The notes under the pieces were generated by a model, which worked only from the letters and a program-made list of their open reading frames with translations, made no database searches and was not told the DNA's origin. A program made the translations under genes and the position numbers. A DNA stretch of 64,000 nt, taken from Octopus vulgaris (taxonomy: Eukaryota). The number at the start of each line of letters is the position of its first letter. The stretch's first letter is position 1. Location: assembly GCA_951406725.2 (NCBI GenBank), contig OX597821.1, positions 23,064,001 to 23,128,000 on the forward strand, read 5' to 3'. Positions 1-12,775 of the stretch are shown piece after piece.

Positions 1-192
1 ATACTGAATAGTGTATCTCTAAATCTGTCGTCTCTCCCTCCCCATCTCCTTAATCTTTGTTACCTTTCTACTTCCCTGTTTCTATCTGTTACTCACACTC
101 ACTCTCACTCTTAACAGTGCAGCAGCAGTAGCAGCAGTCTATGGTAACTTCCTATTTGTTCATGATAATTATTACGCAAGTGCCGTAAACGT

Positions 193-266
193 GGCCGGTT
201 AACTCAGTTGGTTAGGGCGCCGTGCTAATAACGCGGATGTCGTGGGGTCGAGTCCCATACTGGCCA
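193..266 (+). tRNA. tRNA-Ile(AAT), variant/possible pseudogene
   Basis: GGCCGGT-TA-ACTC-AGTTGGTTA-GGGC-G-CCGTG-CTAATAA-CGCGG-ATGTC-GTGGG-GTCGAGT-CCCAT-ACTGGCC-A. Cloverleaf with AAT anticodon, but D-stem A-C mismatch and T-loop GTCGA instead of TTCGA; T-runs follow. Confidence 0.8.
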
Positions 267-489
267 GTAACGTTTTCGTTTTTAGATACGTTGGTGTGAG
301 TTTAAGCAAGTCATTGTCAATCCTCGCAGAAACACCTTTGTACATTATAAACTAGACATATAACTGAAATAGAAGTTCCGTTGCTCACTGTTGCCCAACT
401 TGGATAATGGTCAAGCAAATCCATGAAATAAATAATCACAGAACGTACTTTTTCCCCAGTAGATCGACTACCACCGCCATCAGATTTAT

Positions 490-634
490 GGGAGGGGTTA
501 AGACGAGTAAGTTGACCCCCAGTACTCAACTGGTACTTATTTTATCGATCTCGAAAGGATGACAGGCAAAGTCGGACGAAATGCCGCTAAGCATTTTATC
601 CGGCATATCAACGATTCTGCCAGCTCACCGCCTT
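490..634 (-). mobile_element. SINE family A (AAGGCGGCGAGCTGGCAGAA head), partial
   Basis: Reverse complement matches the head and body of the copies at 665, 1461 and 19741. Confidence 0.75.
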
Positions 635-664
635 ATGTTCTTTCAATATTAGAAACATTTTTTT

Positions 665-880
665 AAGACGGCGAGCAAGCAGATTCGTTTGGACCCCAAG
701 CAAAATGCTTTGTAGCATTTCGTTCGTCCTTAAGTTCTAAGTTCAAATTCTGCCAAGATCGGCTTTGCCTTTTATCTTTGCGGGGTTGATAAAACAAGTA
801 CCCGACGACAACTGGGGTCGATGTAATCGACTTACACCCTCCCTACAAATTGCTGGCTTGTGCCAAAATTTGAAACCAAT
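665..880 (+). mobile_element. SINE family A
   Basis: Head GACGGCGAGCAAGCAGA, B-box-like GTTCAAATTC, body GGGGTCGATGTAATCGACT, tail TGGCTTGTGCCA. Confidence 0.8.
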
Positions 881-918
881 TTTTAAAATAGTCTTCTTTT
901 TTTTCTTTATTTCTTTTT

Positions 919-1122
919 AAGGCGGCGAAATGGCAGAATCTTTGGCACGCTGGGCAAAATACTTTGCAGCATTTTATCCGTCCTTACATTCTAACTCCAA
1001 ATTCCACCAAGGTCGGCTTTGCCTTTCATCCTTTCAGAATCGGTAAAATTAGTACTCGCAGAGCACTAGGATCGATGTAATCAACTAACGCTCTTCCCCT
1101 TATGCCAAAATTTGAAATCAAT
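919..1122 (+). mobile_element. SINE family A
   Basis: Diverged second copy adjacent to 665-880. Confidence 0.75.
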
Positions 1123-1299
1123 ATTAAAATATTTTCTCATGTACGGGTGATCCGCTACAGTTTTATTTTAATATGAACCTAAAAGGATTTATTATTAGTG
1201 TGTACATAAGAGTTTTCAGGACTGACAAAATTCCAACTGTGATTCCCAATATGGGTGCCAAGTCTTCTGTCTTGTATTCCACCATAATTCCACCATTTA

Positions 1300-1460
1300 T
1301 CAGAGTATATTATTGATGTTTGAGACGTTTGAGACGTTTGGGCCCTTAACAGAAAAGTTTTTGTTATCGTTGGCGCTTTGCCTTACCGAGGTCTCAGGTG
1401 ACGCTCGTGAGGATGCTTGGCTGTTCCAAAGGCTTAGTCTTGCCACCACCTGGGGTAATA
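1300..1460 (+). pseudogene. CRE-clade non-LTR retrotransposon, endonuclease C-terminal relic
   Basis: ETFGPLTEKFL...VSGDAREDAWLFQRLSLATTWGN resembles the CRE C-terminal motif (ET.G...GD.RE..LFQRLS.A..RGN); truncated by a SINE. Confidence 0.6.
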
Positions 1461-1695
1461 CCTATTTCTTTACTACCCACAAGGGGCTAAACACAGAGAG
1501 GACAAACAAGGACAGACAAACGGATTAAGTCGATTATATCAACCCCAGTGCGTAACTGGCACTTAATTTATCGACCCCGTAAAGATGAAAGGCAAAGTCG
1601 ACTTCGGCGGAATTTGAACTCAGAACGTAGCGACATAGGACATACTGCAAAGTATTTCGCCCGGCGTGCTAACGTTTCTGCCAGCTCGCCGCCTT
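1461..1695 (-). mobile_element. SINE family A, well preserved, Tx1-like tail
   Basis: Complete head to tail TTTGTCCTCTCTGTGTTTAGCCCCTTGTGGGTAGTAAAGAAAT. Confidence 0.85.
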
Positions 1696-1749
1696 CACCG
1701 CGGAATGGGAAATGGCGTGACAATTCACTTCATGGATCAAAGCTTGCTG

Positions 1750-1796
<47 letters not shown>

Positions 1797-2364
1797 CGCG
1801 TTATGAGCATTTATAGAAAAATAATAAAATAATACTTTCAAATTATTTCCACGGACCACTAACTGGTACACTTTCCCTTATCTATATCCTTGTTTTTCTG
1901 TTTTCTTTTTTCTTTCTTTCCTTTATTCCTCTCTTTCTGTTTTTATTTTTTTTGTTATTTTATTATTTTATTATTTTTCTTCTTACTTTCTTCTTATTCT
2001 CTCTTTTTTCTCTTCTTTTTCTCTTTCTTTAATTCCTGTCTTCCTGCTTTCGATTTGACCCTACTATTGACACTCCCTATTTGACCCTACTATTTGACAC
2101 TCCCTATTTTTAGGTCACTTTAAATAAAACCATTGATTCAATAACACTGTGTATAAATTCTATACTTGGAATGACCAATTTTAATTATTATTGGATTTTA
2201 CTCATAAGGTATTGGAATCTTATATGTATACCATTCTGCCTAAAAAATGGATCTACAAATATAACATCCCAACATATCTCACATTTGTTCTCTTTTCTTT
2301 CCTCCACCTCACTCTATTTTGCATCCTATCTAAATTAACTATTACTTAACCATCCTCTCACACC

Positions 2365-2416
2365 GTCTCAGATGAAGGGATATAGTTAATAAACATCTTG
2401 GAAACAGCTGTAAGAC
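2365..2416 (+). ncRNA. Type I hammerhead ribozyme-like motif (U4A mutant core)
   Basis: GTCT-CAGATGA-A-GGGAT..ATCTT-G-GAAA-CAGCTG-TA-AGAC: stem I GTCT/AGAC, palindromic stem III ACAGCTGT, GUA triplet. Confidence 0.6.
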
Positions 2417-2516
2417 CTTCTATCTATAAATGTTCTAATATCTACACAGCCTTGGTTTTTTGTCCCATTATGAAAAAAATTTATATATATATATATATAA
2501 TCAAAAAAAAAACTGC

Positions 2517-2740
2517 CGTTATGCCTGGCAACGAGTACCCGTCATCGAGGAGATCCAATAGAGATCAAAACCACGTTGTTTGGTGGTCATAAAGCTAGGG
2601 TAACAGGGGTTATGTCCCGCTTGCAATAAATACCAGGCGGGAGAAGCGCACTGAATAAACCAGCCGGAGGAGATGTCTCCCTCTGCTTCAATGGCAGTAT
2701 CGTCGTCTTTTAGAAGACAATCATATTAAAGTGGCCATAA
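2517..2740 (+). mobile_element. Short element with decayed hammerhead (2539-2586); same family as 18309-18717
   Basis: Shares CCCGCTTGCAAT..GAAGCGCACTGAATA.CCAGC.GGAGGAGA.GTC with 18603-18661; relic core TCGAGGA-GATC..GATC-AAAA. Confidence 0.55.
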
Positions 2741-3260
2741 ACACTGCAAAAAAAAGAAATATTTTTGATCATTGATCGATTTTCAATAAGATTCAGTGGT
2801 GGGTATAACACTTCCAAGCAGGAAATGCCGAACGAGCCTCTCTTTGTGTCTCCTCCAAAAATATCCTCAAATACTCAATGAATTCTCTCATTTTTCCGCC
2901 ATCGGTCTCATATAATTTTTGTGGAAATATTTCGTTTCACAAACGTTTATTTGCATCTGGAATAATTCCAGCGATAACAACTGGATTGCTCTCAACGTAA
3001 CAGTAAAGAACTTGTAGTTGTAAACGCATTAAAGATTAATGATTAATAACTCGTTATCAGCAAAGATAACTATCGACCACTTGGTCTGAAACAAATCGAA
3101 AGCCAAAGGAAGGTCGAGGAAAAGGCCAACAATCGCAAAATCTAATTGGTATTGGAAATCCCCAGGCGAAAAGGAATCTACTTCACCATCATAAACATTA
3201 CGGAGATGTACTCGCATAGCAAGTAATTTGATCTGAGATGGTGTGCTGAAACGAAAACAT

Positions 3261-3508
3261 TTGCAGCGTGGAAGGTGTTTATAAGCCATTTAAGAAACAC
3301 ACAAAAGCCGTTCGATTCACTTCAACAGTTAAGTTTAATTTGTCAAAATATTTTCGTCGCTAAAATCCGTAACCTGTTCACTGACAAAAATCCGAGATGC
3401 GGATTTTAGCGACGAAAATATTTTGACAAATTAAACTTAAATGTTGAAGTGAATCGAACGGCTTTTGTGTGTTTCTTAAATGGCTTACAAACACCTTCCA
3501 CGCTGCAA
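3261..3508. repeat. 109-bp inverted repeat (arms 3261-3369 / 3400-3508)
   Basis: Arms are reverse complements with 2 mismatches by eye; 30-bp spacer. Confidence 0.95.
3339..3388 (-). ncRNA. Minimal type I hammerhead with G3-C8 variant core
   Basis: TTTGTCA-GTGAACA-G-GTTAC-GGATTTTA-GCGAC-GAAA-ATAT-TT-TGACAAA: 7-bp stem I, stem II, palindromic AATATT stem III. Confidence 0.6.
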
Positions 3509-3759
3509 TTGTTATTATAAACATTGTCCTCAGACTATTTTGAAAAAAAAAAAGAAAGAAAGAAAGCAAAAAACATACACTATATAGTGTATATCCATAT
3601 CTACATAACTGTTTCCTTCTCTCTGTCTTTTCTATCTCTTTCTCTTACTCTCCCTCTTTCCTTCCTTCACAAGTGTCAAAACACTGATTGCAAACACATC
3701 AAGTTGTATCTTGCATTAACATGTGTTCATAGTAATTTTTATAGCCACCGGGTACCAAT

Positions 3760-3833
3760 GGCCGGTTAGCTCAGTTGGTTAGAGCGTCGTGCTAATAACG
3801 CGAATGTCGTGGGTTCGAGCCCCATACTGGCCA
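3760..3833 (+). tRNA. tRNA-Ile(AAT), intact
   Basis: GGCCGGT-TA-GCTC-AGTTGGTTA-GAGC-G-TCGTG-CTAATAA-CGCGA-ATGTC-GTGGG-TTCGAGC-CCCAT-ACTGGCC-A; all stems pair, A/B boxes intact. Confidence 0.95.
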
Positions 3834-3844
3834 ATGTGTTCACA

Positions 3845-3855
3845 TTTTTTTTTTT
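3845..3855 (+). terminator. Pol III terminator (T-run) of tRNA-Ile
   Basis: Run of about 11 T beginning 11 nt after the tRNA 3' end. Confidence 0.7.
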
Positions 3856-3919
3856 CGCTTTTGTATGTTTTTACGAACTGAATTTTTGGATCTAGTTGGT
3901 CTGGCTGCCAGCATTTCAA

Positions 3920-4090
3920 AAATTTTAAGTTTATCGACAATTTTAAAATTTGGTACAATAATATACATTTTCCAAGCTGAATTGCTGGAGTTATTTCACT
4001 TTTTCCAGAAAAAATGTTTTTAAGAAGTTATAGAAGTTTAAAGTTTGATCATTTTTCACCCAGTCCAGAAACAGGATTTGGAAGCTGTCC
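3920..4090 (+). repeat. Unclassified interspersed repeat (also 50400-50580 + and 61210-61395 -)
   Basis: Shared TTT.AAATTTGGT..GCTGAAT..GTT.A.AGA.GTTTAAAG.TT...CATTTT..CC....GAAACAG.ATT...AGCTGTC; probably a DNA-transposon terminal region. Confidence 0.6.
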
Positions 4091-4231
4091 TTTTGTGCGT
4101 GACTGCACATTTTGTCGTCAGCATCCTGAAGATAGCACGTCTTGTCGATATTTGTAAACAACACATGTTTTGTAGTTTGAAGCATTCAATATGCATTTAA
4201 TGCGAGAGCACGAACTTAAAAAGATTTATTC

Positions 4232-4950
4232 AAAAAACGTTATTTAGCTGTTGTTTTTAGTACACTTCAAAGACAAAAAGGAACGAGTAAACCAGTAGTT
4301 TGAAGCATTCAATATGCATTTAATGCAAATGCGATGAACAACACTTTACATGCGATCAGCACTTAACAATTTCCCCCCACAAATGGTTGCAATACAGTTT
4401 TAACAGAAAGATTTGGAAAAATTCGATAAAAGTTCTTCGGTAATTTTCTTTCATGTAAATAAATACTCTTTTACTTGTTTCAGTCATTTGACTGCGGTCA
4501 TGCTGAAGCACTGCCTTTCAGTCGAGCAAATCGGCCCCAGGACTTATTCTTTATAAGCCTAGTACTTATTCTATCGGTCTTTTTTTGCCGAACCGCTAAG
4601 TTACGGGGACGTAGACACACCATCATTGATTGTCAAGCGATGGTGGGGCGACAACAGAGACACACAAACACACACACATACATATGTATGTATATACATA
4701 TATACGACGGGCTTCTTTCAGTTTCCGTCTATCAAATCCAGTCGCAAGGCTTTGGTCGGCCCGAGGCTATAGTAGAAGACACTTGCCCAAGGTGCCACGC
4801 AGTGGGACTGAATTTAAAATACTTATCCAAAAAAAAACGTTATTTAGCTGTTATTTTTAGTACATCTCAATGGCAAAAAGAAACGAGTGAACAAGTAGTT
4901 TTAAGCATTCAATATGCATTTAATGCAAATGCGATGAACAACACATTACA
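4232..4950. repeat. About 120-bp direct repeat (4232-4350 / 4833-4950) flanking a SINE
   Basis: AAAAAACGTTATTTAGCTGTT...GCATTCAATATGCATTTAATGCAAATGCGATGAACAACAC occurs twice; partial third copy at 4172-4203. Confidence 0.85.
4466..4811 (-). mobile_element. SINE family B (bipartite, internal microsatellite)
   Basis: Reverse complement of the family at 15924-16345; 5'-truncated. Confidence 0.85.
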
Positions 4951-5624
4951 AATTGAATATGAAAAAAAAAAACCCAAACATTTTGTTGACCAGGTCATAA
5001 AGGCACACGCCCAACTGTCGACAGATCGGCAAAATAAGTGGTTTCAATATATTTGACAACATGTGCTTTCTCGCAGACAAAAGGTCACTCATGTTCCGCT
5101 TGTTACTATGGAAACTGGCATGAATGTATTTATGACTTACGATTGGCTAAAATTACGAAAATTTTCAAAATTTAGTTGCTAATAACTCTTTATTTATTGA
5201 TTTATAGCAGAAGTGATTTTGACATAATTTATTAACCAATAAAAGTGTATCATTATGAAATCAATTCGAACAGAATTAATGCAGGCGGCCAAACTGACGA
5301 GATCCGAACTTTTATCTTTTTCCTTGACTCAGTCCGATTATGTCAACTATTAAGTCTTCTGATTGGCTAAAATTATGTAAAATGCTACTAGCTTTAAAAA
5401 CTCGTTCATAATTTTATTCATTTCTCAAAAAAAAAAAAAAACTACATTCGTATGGACAATTTCAAAAGAATCGGGCGCTGTGAATTCAGTTTACTAACTT
5501 TCAATTCAATAGTGCTCATGATTTTGATACTTTTCTTATGGCGAGAAATGTTTTTGTATAAAATAAACTTTTAGAGTAAAAGCAGTTGTATAATTTCTTT
5601 TAGTTTTCTTTCGCTTCTTTGGAC

Positions 5625-5845
5625 AATGGCCATGCTGGGGCATCGCCTTGAATTATTTCATTAAACAAATCGATCCTAGTACCTAATTCTTTTCAAGCGT
5701 GGCTGTGAGGTAGGAAGCTTGCTTCCCAACTACATGGTTCCAGGTTCTGTCCCATTACGTGGCACCTTGCGCAAGTGTCATCTACTGTAGTCTCGGTCGA
5801 CCAAAGCCTTGTGAGTGGATTTAGTAGCTGGAACTGAAAGCAGCC
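5625..5845. mobile_element. SINE family B fragments (3' part on -, head on +)
   Basis: GGCCATGCTGGGGCATCGCC.. followed by GTGGCTGTGAGGTAGGAAGCTTGCTTCCCAAC..GGAACTGAAAG. Confidence 0.7.
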
Positions 5846-6102
5846 CCTAATAATCAAGCATGAAATTAGAGAAATCTGAAACTCGTCAGTTCGATCTTCA
5901 CCTGGGGCACACAATTTTTTATACAACGGTGGTGCCCCTTTTACATATGGGTGTATATTCGTTAGTCTAGCTAATATGATCGTTATAGTGAGATACTTTG
6001 ATACCTCAAGAAAGGTTTCGGTCAGTAAACAATAGATTGTATCATTTAAATATGTATTTTGAGAATAAGAACTGAAAGAAAGAAAGAACAAAAAAATATC
6101 GC

Positions 6103-6176
6103 TGGCCAGTATTGAGCTCGAACCTACGACACCTGCGTCATTAGAACGATGCTTTGACCAACTGAGCTAACCGGCT
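6103..6176 (-). pseudogene. tRNA-Ile(AAT) pseudogene
   Basis: AGCCGGT-TA-GCTC-AGTTGGTCA-AAGC-A-TCGTT-CTAATGA-CGCAG-GTGTC-GTAGG-TTCGAGC-TCAAT-ACTGGCC-A; mismatches in all four stems. Confidence 0.85.
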
Positions 6177-6224
6177 ACTTACGTATAGTATAGCGTAGGT
6201 TACAGTTACGTGTGTTCACAAGAT

Positions 6225-7572
6225 GATGATGGGTGCAAGTATCTTGGTAATCCTGGAGCTGGACAATAACATGCACATAAAAATGAAAGACAAGGTCCAT
6301 CACTGCATATTTCAAGTGCTCCAAACTTCTCTTGAAATCAAAACTCAGCTCAAGAAACCTTGTGACTACCATCAGCATATGGGTTGTTGCTGTAGTCCGC
6401 TATAGTGCACCCACCCTGAAATAGAAACGAGCGGAAATTAACCAACTCGATTGCACTACCCGAAAGACAATGACAATGCATGGTACCCTCCACCCTAAGA
6501 CGAATGTACACAGGCTCTACACGAAGAGGTGTAAAAGTGGATGTGGGTTGATTAGCGTACGGGAATGCATCAACAGTGAAAGAAGAAACATGGCAGAATA
6601 TTTGATAAACAGCAAACAAAACAGACCTGCTTCAGTATGCTGCTAATGCAGAAGGATTTACCAAAAATGAACTTGAGAGTGCTCGTGAATTCAGATCCTT
6701 AACAGCCAACGAGGGAGAAGAAACCCCACTCTGCATGGAACTACATGGTCAGTTCCACCGTGAAACAAATTAAAAGACCCGGAAGCACCATGGCGGTGGC
6801 TCAGCAAAGGTGACCTAAAAAAGAATACTGAAAGCCTAATACCAACGAACCTCTGCAACGAACCTCTGCAGAATGTGTGGGAAGAGGGCCGAAAGCGTGA
6901 CTCACAAGAGTACAAGCGCAGACATGACAAGGTGCACCTTGTCATGTCTGCGCTGGTAATCTTTCTGCGCAAGACTTTCACAAATACTAACAATGTGAGT
7001 CACGCTTCACTGGCCACTATGCCGGAAGTATGGATACGAGGTAACGGGTGCTTGGTACCAACATACACCAGAAAAGGTAATAGACGAAAAGGGGAAGACA
7101 AAAATCCTCTGGGACTTTGACTTCCAGACAGACAAGGTGTTAGAGCACCGAAGGCTGGATATAGTAATTTTTAGGAGGGACAAACAAGAGTGCCTAATAA
7201 TCGACAACACAGTGCCAGGAGATCAACATATTATCATGAAAGAAAGAGAAAAGATTGCTGGAGACCGGAGAATTGAGACCGCTAAGATGTGGCAACTGCG
7301 TGAGTCAAACATAAAGGTTGTCCCTATTGTCATCGGAGCTTTGGGTTCAATATCACCCAACCTGAAAAAACATCCGGAAATTTTAGAAAGACCCTACAAT
7401 GTAGGTGTATTACAAAACTCAGCATTTCTTGGAACTGCATGCACACTGCATAAAGTACTGTCTGTCTGAGGTACTTGTTGTGAAGTGACAGACAGTACAA
7501 ACCCCCGGTACACACAATATCTTCAATCAACGACATTACGATATTGGACATTACTATGCGACGTCTTAAACA
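6225..7572 (+). mobile_element. R4/Dong-clade non-LTR retrotransposon, 5'-truncated relic
   Basis: Frameshifted remnants HGTLHPKTNVHRLY, WRWLSKGDLKKNTESLI, CRMCG, EYKRRHDKV, ILWDFDFQTDKVLEHRRLDIV, VVPIVIGALG (RLE domain); ends at AATAATGATGAT. Confidence 0.85.
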
Positions 7573-8199
7573 ATAATGATGATGATGAGGAGGAGGAGGA
7601 GGATAATAAACCTGAAGTGAAGTCCAAGATGAATAGGAGTGTAGGGTTGATAGTAAGTTGCTAAGGGGGTAGTTCATTTAGAATTTGGATTGGAGTAAAG
7701 AGTTCATGTGTACATGGTAGCGGTATTTGAAATCAACAGGGCCGCCAATATACACTCTTGCTTGGTGGGAGCGTGGTGTTATAACACGGTAGTTATAGAC
7801 AAAATTTTTATGCAGACAGAAACCTCCAAGGTGACAGAGAAACTCGATAATTGCAAGTCTTCCTACCTGCTCTGCCTTTTTCTCTACAGAAAAAACTCCA
7901 TCAGGAATTGTGGCAGTATATTAAAAGAACCTTTACGGTTAAAAATTATAAATATCTTATAAGCAAGGGTTAAAGAAGGTTATTCTAAAGCCAATATACT
8001 GATATTCCACATTTAATCTACTTGCTACAGAAAGTTGAACTGAAATTCGGGCAACTAAACCTTTGGAACATTTAAATTGCGTTATCTCAATATTGAATCA
8101 ATTTCGGAATTAACCACATAAGGATTCGTTCTTCTTCAGTTGAGCTTTCTGTAGAGAAAAAGGCTTCATCCTTTTTAATAGTAGTAAACTGATTACTGC

Positions 8200-9348
8200 T
8201 TACTGCAGGGGGACTTGTAACCACTACAATATGTAGCGGCGGGAAGCCAACATGTTGTTCTGAGACTGCATTTTAGCAATTCGTCTTCATGGAACAAAAG
8301 TCCCTCCGCACAAAAGGGCACAAAAAAGAAAATAGAAAGAATTTAGGGCATTTATATCCTTGAAACGGAAAAGACTTGGTGCACACAAGCTATCATAAGA
8401 CAATGGGTTGATTTAACTATGCCACTTGTTTTACGTGGTTCTTAAAGAAGTTGTTTAGTCAGGGATTCGGCCAGTACTCATCACGCAAAAGATATGAAAA
8501 CTTTCCTTTCTGAACAAAGAATTGACAACATAATGATTCCGACGGGAATGACTTGATATCTACAAATATTAGATCTTGTAATAAACAGACCCTTCAAGGA
8601 TTATTTAAGGATGGAAGGGAATTAATATATCGAATATAGAATAGAGAGAAATCAGCGTGGAAACTTTATCAAACCCAACCTCCAAGAAATCGTGAATTGG
8701 ATGAAGAATTCATGGAATAAAATTACCGACAGTTGTGTTGCCAATGCTCTACGAGCAGGATACTTGGATTGAAAATTATATTGCCAAACCTAAGAGATTG
8801 GGGTTCATGATTCTACAGCAAATGGAATTGCAAGAAATTCAATCTGAAGTTCGGGGCTTGATTTATAACGATGTTCCAGAAGAGGACGAAATGTTTGTAC
8901 TTGACTAAAAACATTAAGCAAATAAATAAACTTTTGATAATTAAAACCATGGGTTTGCTTTTTCCAGTGTTTTTCCTTTTACACGAGGACAAAAGACTAT
9001 TTTGTCTTTCATGGATTTTTTTCCGCAAAAATATGACATACTCTGAAAATAAGCCCTAGCGCGTTATTTGGACACTAAATTATTTTGTACTCTAGGCACA
9101 AGGCCCGTGATTTGTGGGGAGGGGGCCAGTAAATTAGATCGACACCCGTACGCAACTGGTACTTAATTTATCGACCCCGAAAGGATGAAAGACAAAGTCG
9201 ACCTCGGCGGTATTTGAACTTAGAGTATAAAGAAAAGCAAAATACTGCTAAGCATTTCGCTCGGCGTGCTAACGTTTCTGCCAGCTCGCAGCCTATTTGG
9301 ATGCAAAATTAATATAAGATTGGGTCTTATTTTCAGGGAAACAAGGTA
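8200..9348 (+). mobile_element. pogo/Tigger-type DNA transposon relic
   Basis: IPTGMT*YLQILDLVINRPFKDYLR (pogo DDE C-terminal motif); right end GGTCTTATTTTCAGGGAAACAAGGTA resembles a pogo TIR; interrupted by a SINE. Confidence 0.7.
9085..9293 (-). mobile_element. SINE family A nested in pogo relic
   Basis: Family A body; degenerate TSD TATTTGGA..C.AAATTA on both sides; tail GGC-CTTGT-GCC. Confidence 0.8.
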
Positions 9349-9798
9349 TATGTGTGTATATGCGTGTGTGGGTGGGTGTATTTTTATATAGATACATGCG
9401 CACATACATACATACACACGTATATATATATATTTACATACATTGATAAATGCATACGCACACACACACACACACAAACACACGAAGTCCAGACGTCATT
9501 TTCGACGGCTAGTTCTAATAAACAAACATGTTGTAATAGAATGTTTCTTTGTCTTTGCATGTTGTATGTTTATAAGTATTTGAAGCACAACATTATACAT
9601 CCGCCTGTGTTCGTGCGTGCCTATGTAATATCGACGTAATACACATTATAGGCGCTGGAGTGGCTGTGTGGTAAGTAGGTAAGTAGGTAAGGCAGGGTAA
9701 GGCAGGGTAAGTAGGTAAGGCAGGGACAGAAATGCCTCGTGAAAATATCTGTTCCGATCTGGCTATTTCTTACTGACGAATCTAAGGGCCTATGGAAG

Positions 9799-9844
<46 letters not shown>

Positions 9845-9953
9845 GCAATAAAGATTCAAGTTAATTTAAATGAATTAACTTGAATATGATACCTAACTTA
9901 GATGCACCAAAAGAAAACTATACTGATTTAACAATACAGTAATGTGGGGTGAT

Positions 9954-11090
<1,137 letters not shown>

Positions 11091-11123
11091 CGACGTCCAC
11101 GCCTGCATACATACATACATATT

Positions 11124-11770
11124 TATTTATTTATATTAAGGGCATTACTATACATAAATGCCTCACGCTAGGGCTAGGAGGGACTATTAAAGTAAAAACT
11201 ACCATAATAAAAACATTGTACCGAACGCGAGGGAATACAACTGTCGAAGCGAGCCCTTTAAAAACAGATTCAGCTGCAGATAATATCATTTCATAATAAG
11301 TTCACAAAATGCACTTTTTAATCATCAGTGCATGCATAATCAAGACACATAAAAATGAACAAAAAAATCAACATACCAGACGAACACCAAATGCATCCAG
11401 CATAGTACATAGAACTGTTCACACTTATATATCTATGTAAGAGGCAGGCTTTTCGAATTGCATCTCGGTACACATGATTATTCAGAATAAAATTCAGCAC
11501 TGAATATATTCCGGTTAAATTTACAATTGAAAAATAGGATTAAATCTTTATAAGAAATTATCAAGTAGTTAGCGTGAAAAACCTCATAAGGGAAAAATTT
11601 ATTAATGATTCCCTTTGAATATATTTATTTATATTAAGGACATTATTATACATAAATGCCTCATGCTAGGAGGGACTCTTAAAGTCATAACTACCATAAT
11701 AAACACACTGTACCGAACGCGAACGAATGCAATTCTCGAAGCGAGCCTTTTAAAAACGGATTCAGCTGAA
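11124..11770 (-). mobile_element. Terminally redundant hammerhead-bearing element (retrozyme / PLE pLTR-like)
   Basis: About 150-bp direct repeats 11124-11278 and 11622-11770; hammerhead between them at 11275-11332. Confidence 0.7.
11275..11332 (-). ncRNA. Type I hammerhead ribozyme
   Basis: TGCA-CTGATGA-T-TAAAAAGT..ACTTATTA-T-GAAA-TGATATTA-TC-TGCA; AUC site. Confidence 0.65.
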
Positions 11771-12329
11771 CATGGAGGTTTAACTGTACTTATAATTTAA
11801 ATTCAAACACAAACATATGCACAAGAACAAATATACACACACGTAGATACACACTGAAAGATATACAATATACTATATCAAAAATATTTGCTTTCCGTCC
11901 AGACCTTCTTCCGGTTTTACGGTACATGTGCTGAAGCGAAGCAGGAATGTCTTTTAAGGAACTGAAAGAAAGGAAGACTGATATAACAGAACACGGTAAA
12001 TATGATATTCCTACAGAATGCGCGCGTGCATATGTGTATATGTGTGAGAGAAAGAATAAGGGAGAGAAAGCTGGAGAGAGAGAAATATGGAGAGAGAGAA
12101 AGAGAGAAAGAGAAATAGAGAGTTTGTGTACGTATGTTTCCTTGTACAATATTGTTACCATTCTCTTTTTGGCGAGTGGGGTTGATGTTATCTACTAATC
12201 TCATCCCTCAAAATCAAAGCTGCCGGTTTTGTTCCTGAAATATAAACAATTATAAGTGCTGTTGTTGTTACTGCTGCGACTATTACTACTACTATTTAAA
12301 ATCTTCTAAATATACGATACACGAATTCC

Positions 12330-12416
<87 letters not shown>

Positions 12417-12427
12417 ACACACATACG

Positions 12428-12459
<32 letters not shown>

Positions 12460-12608
12460 CACAGATTGATCGATTGGTAGATAGAGATACATATACAAGT
12501 AAATACACTAATTTCTCTCAATATATAAAAATACGCTATCTTTAAGATCACATTTTAATTTCCTAAAAACTACTGTTCTAATGCTTTAAAGTATGCTTCT
12601 TTTTCAGA

Positions 12609-12681
<73 letters not shown>

Positions 12682-12713
12682 CTGTATACCTGTATATATC
12701 TATGTGTGTGTGT

Positions 12714-12775
<62 letters not shown>

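Noticed and set aside
2750-3250. Possible MULE-like transposase remnant (EFIEYL..F..WKCY on -)
   Set aside because: Too few residues to support a call without a search.
4475-5056. 193-aa ORF and recurring RRASFSFRLPNPLTR / WSARGYSRRHLPK peptides
   Set aside because: Chance translation of SINE family B, not a gene family.
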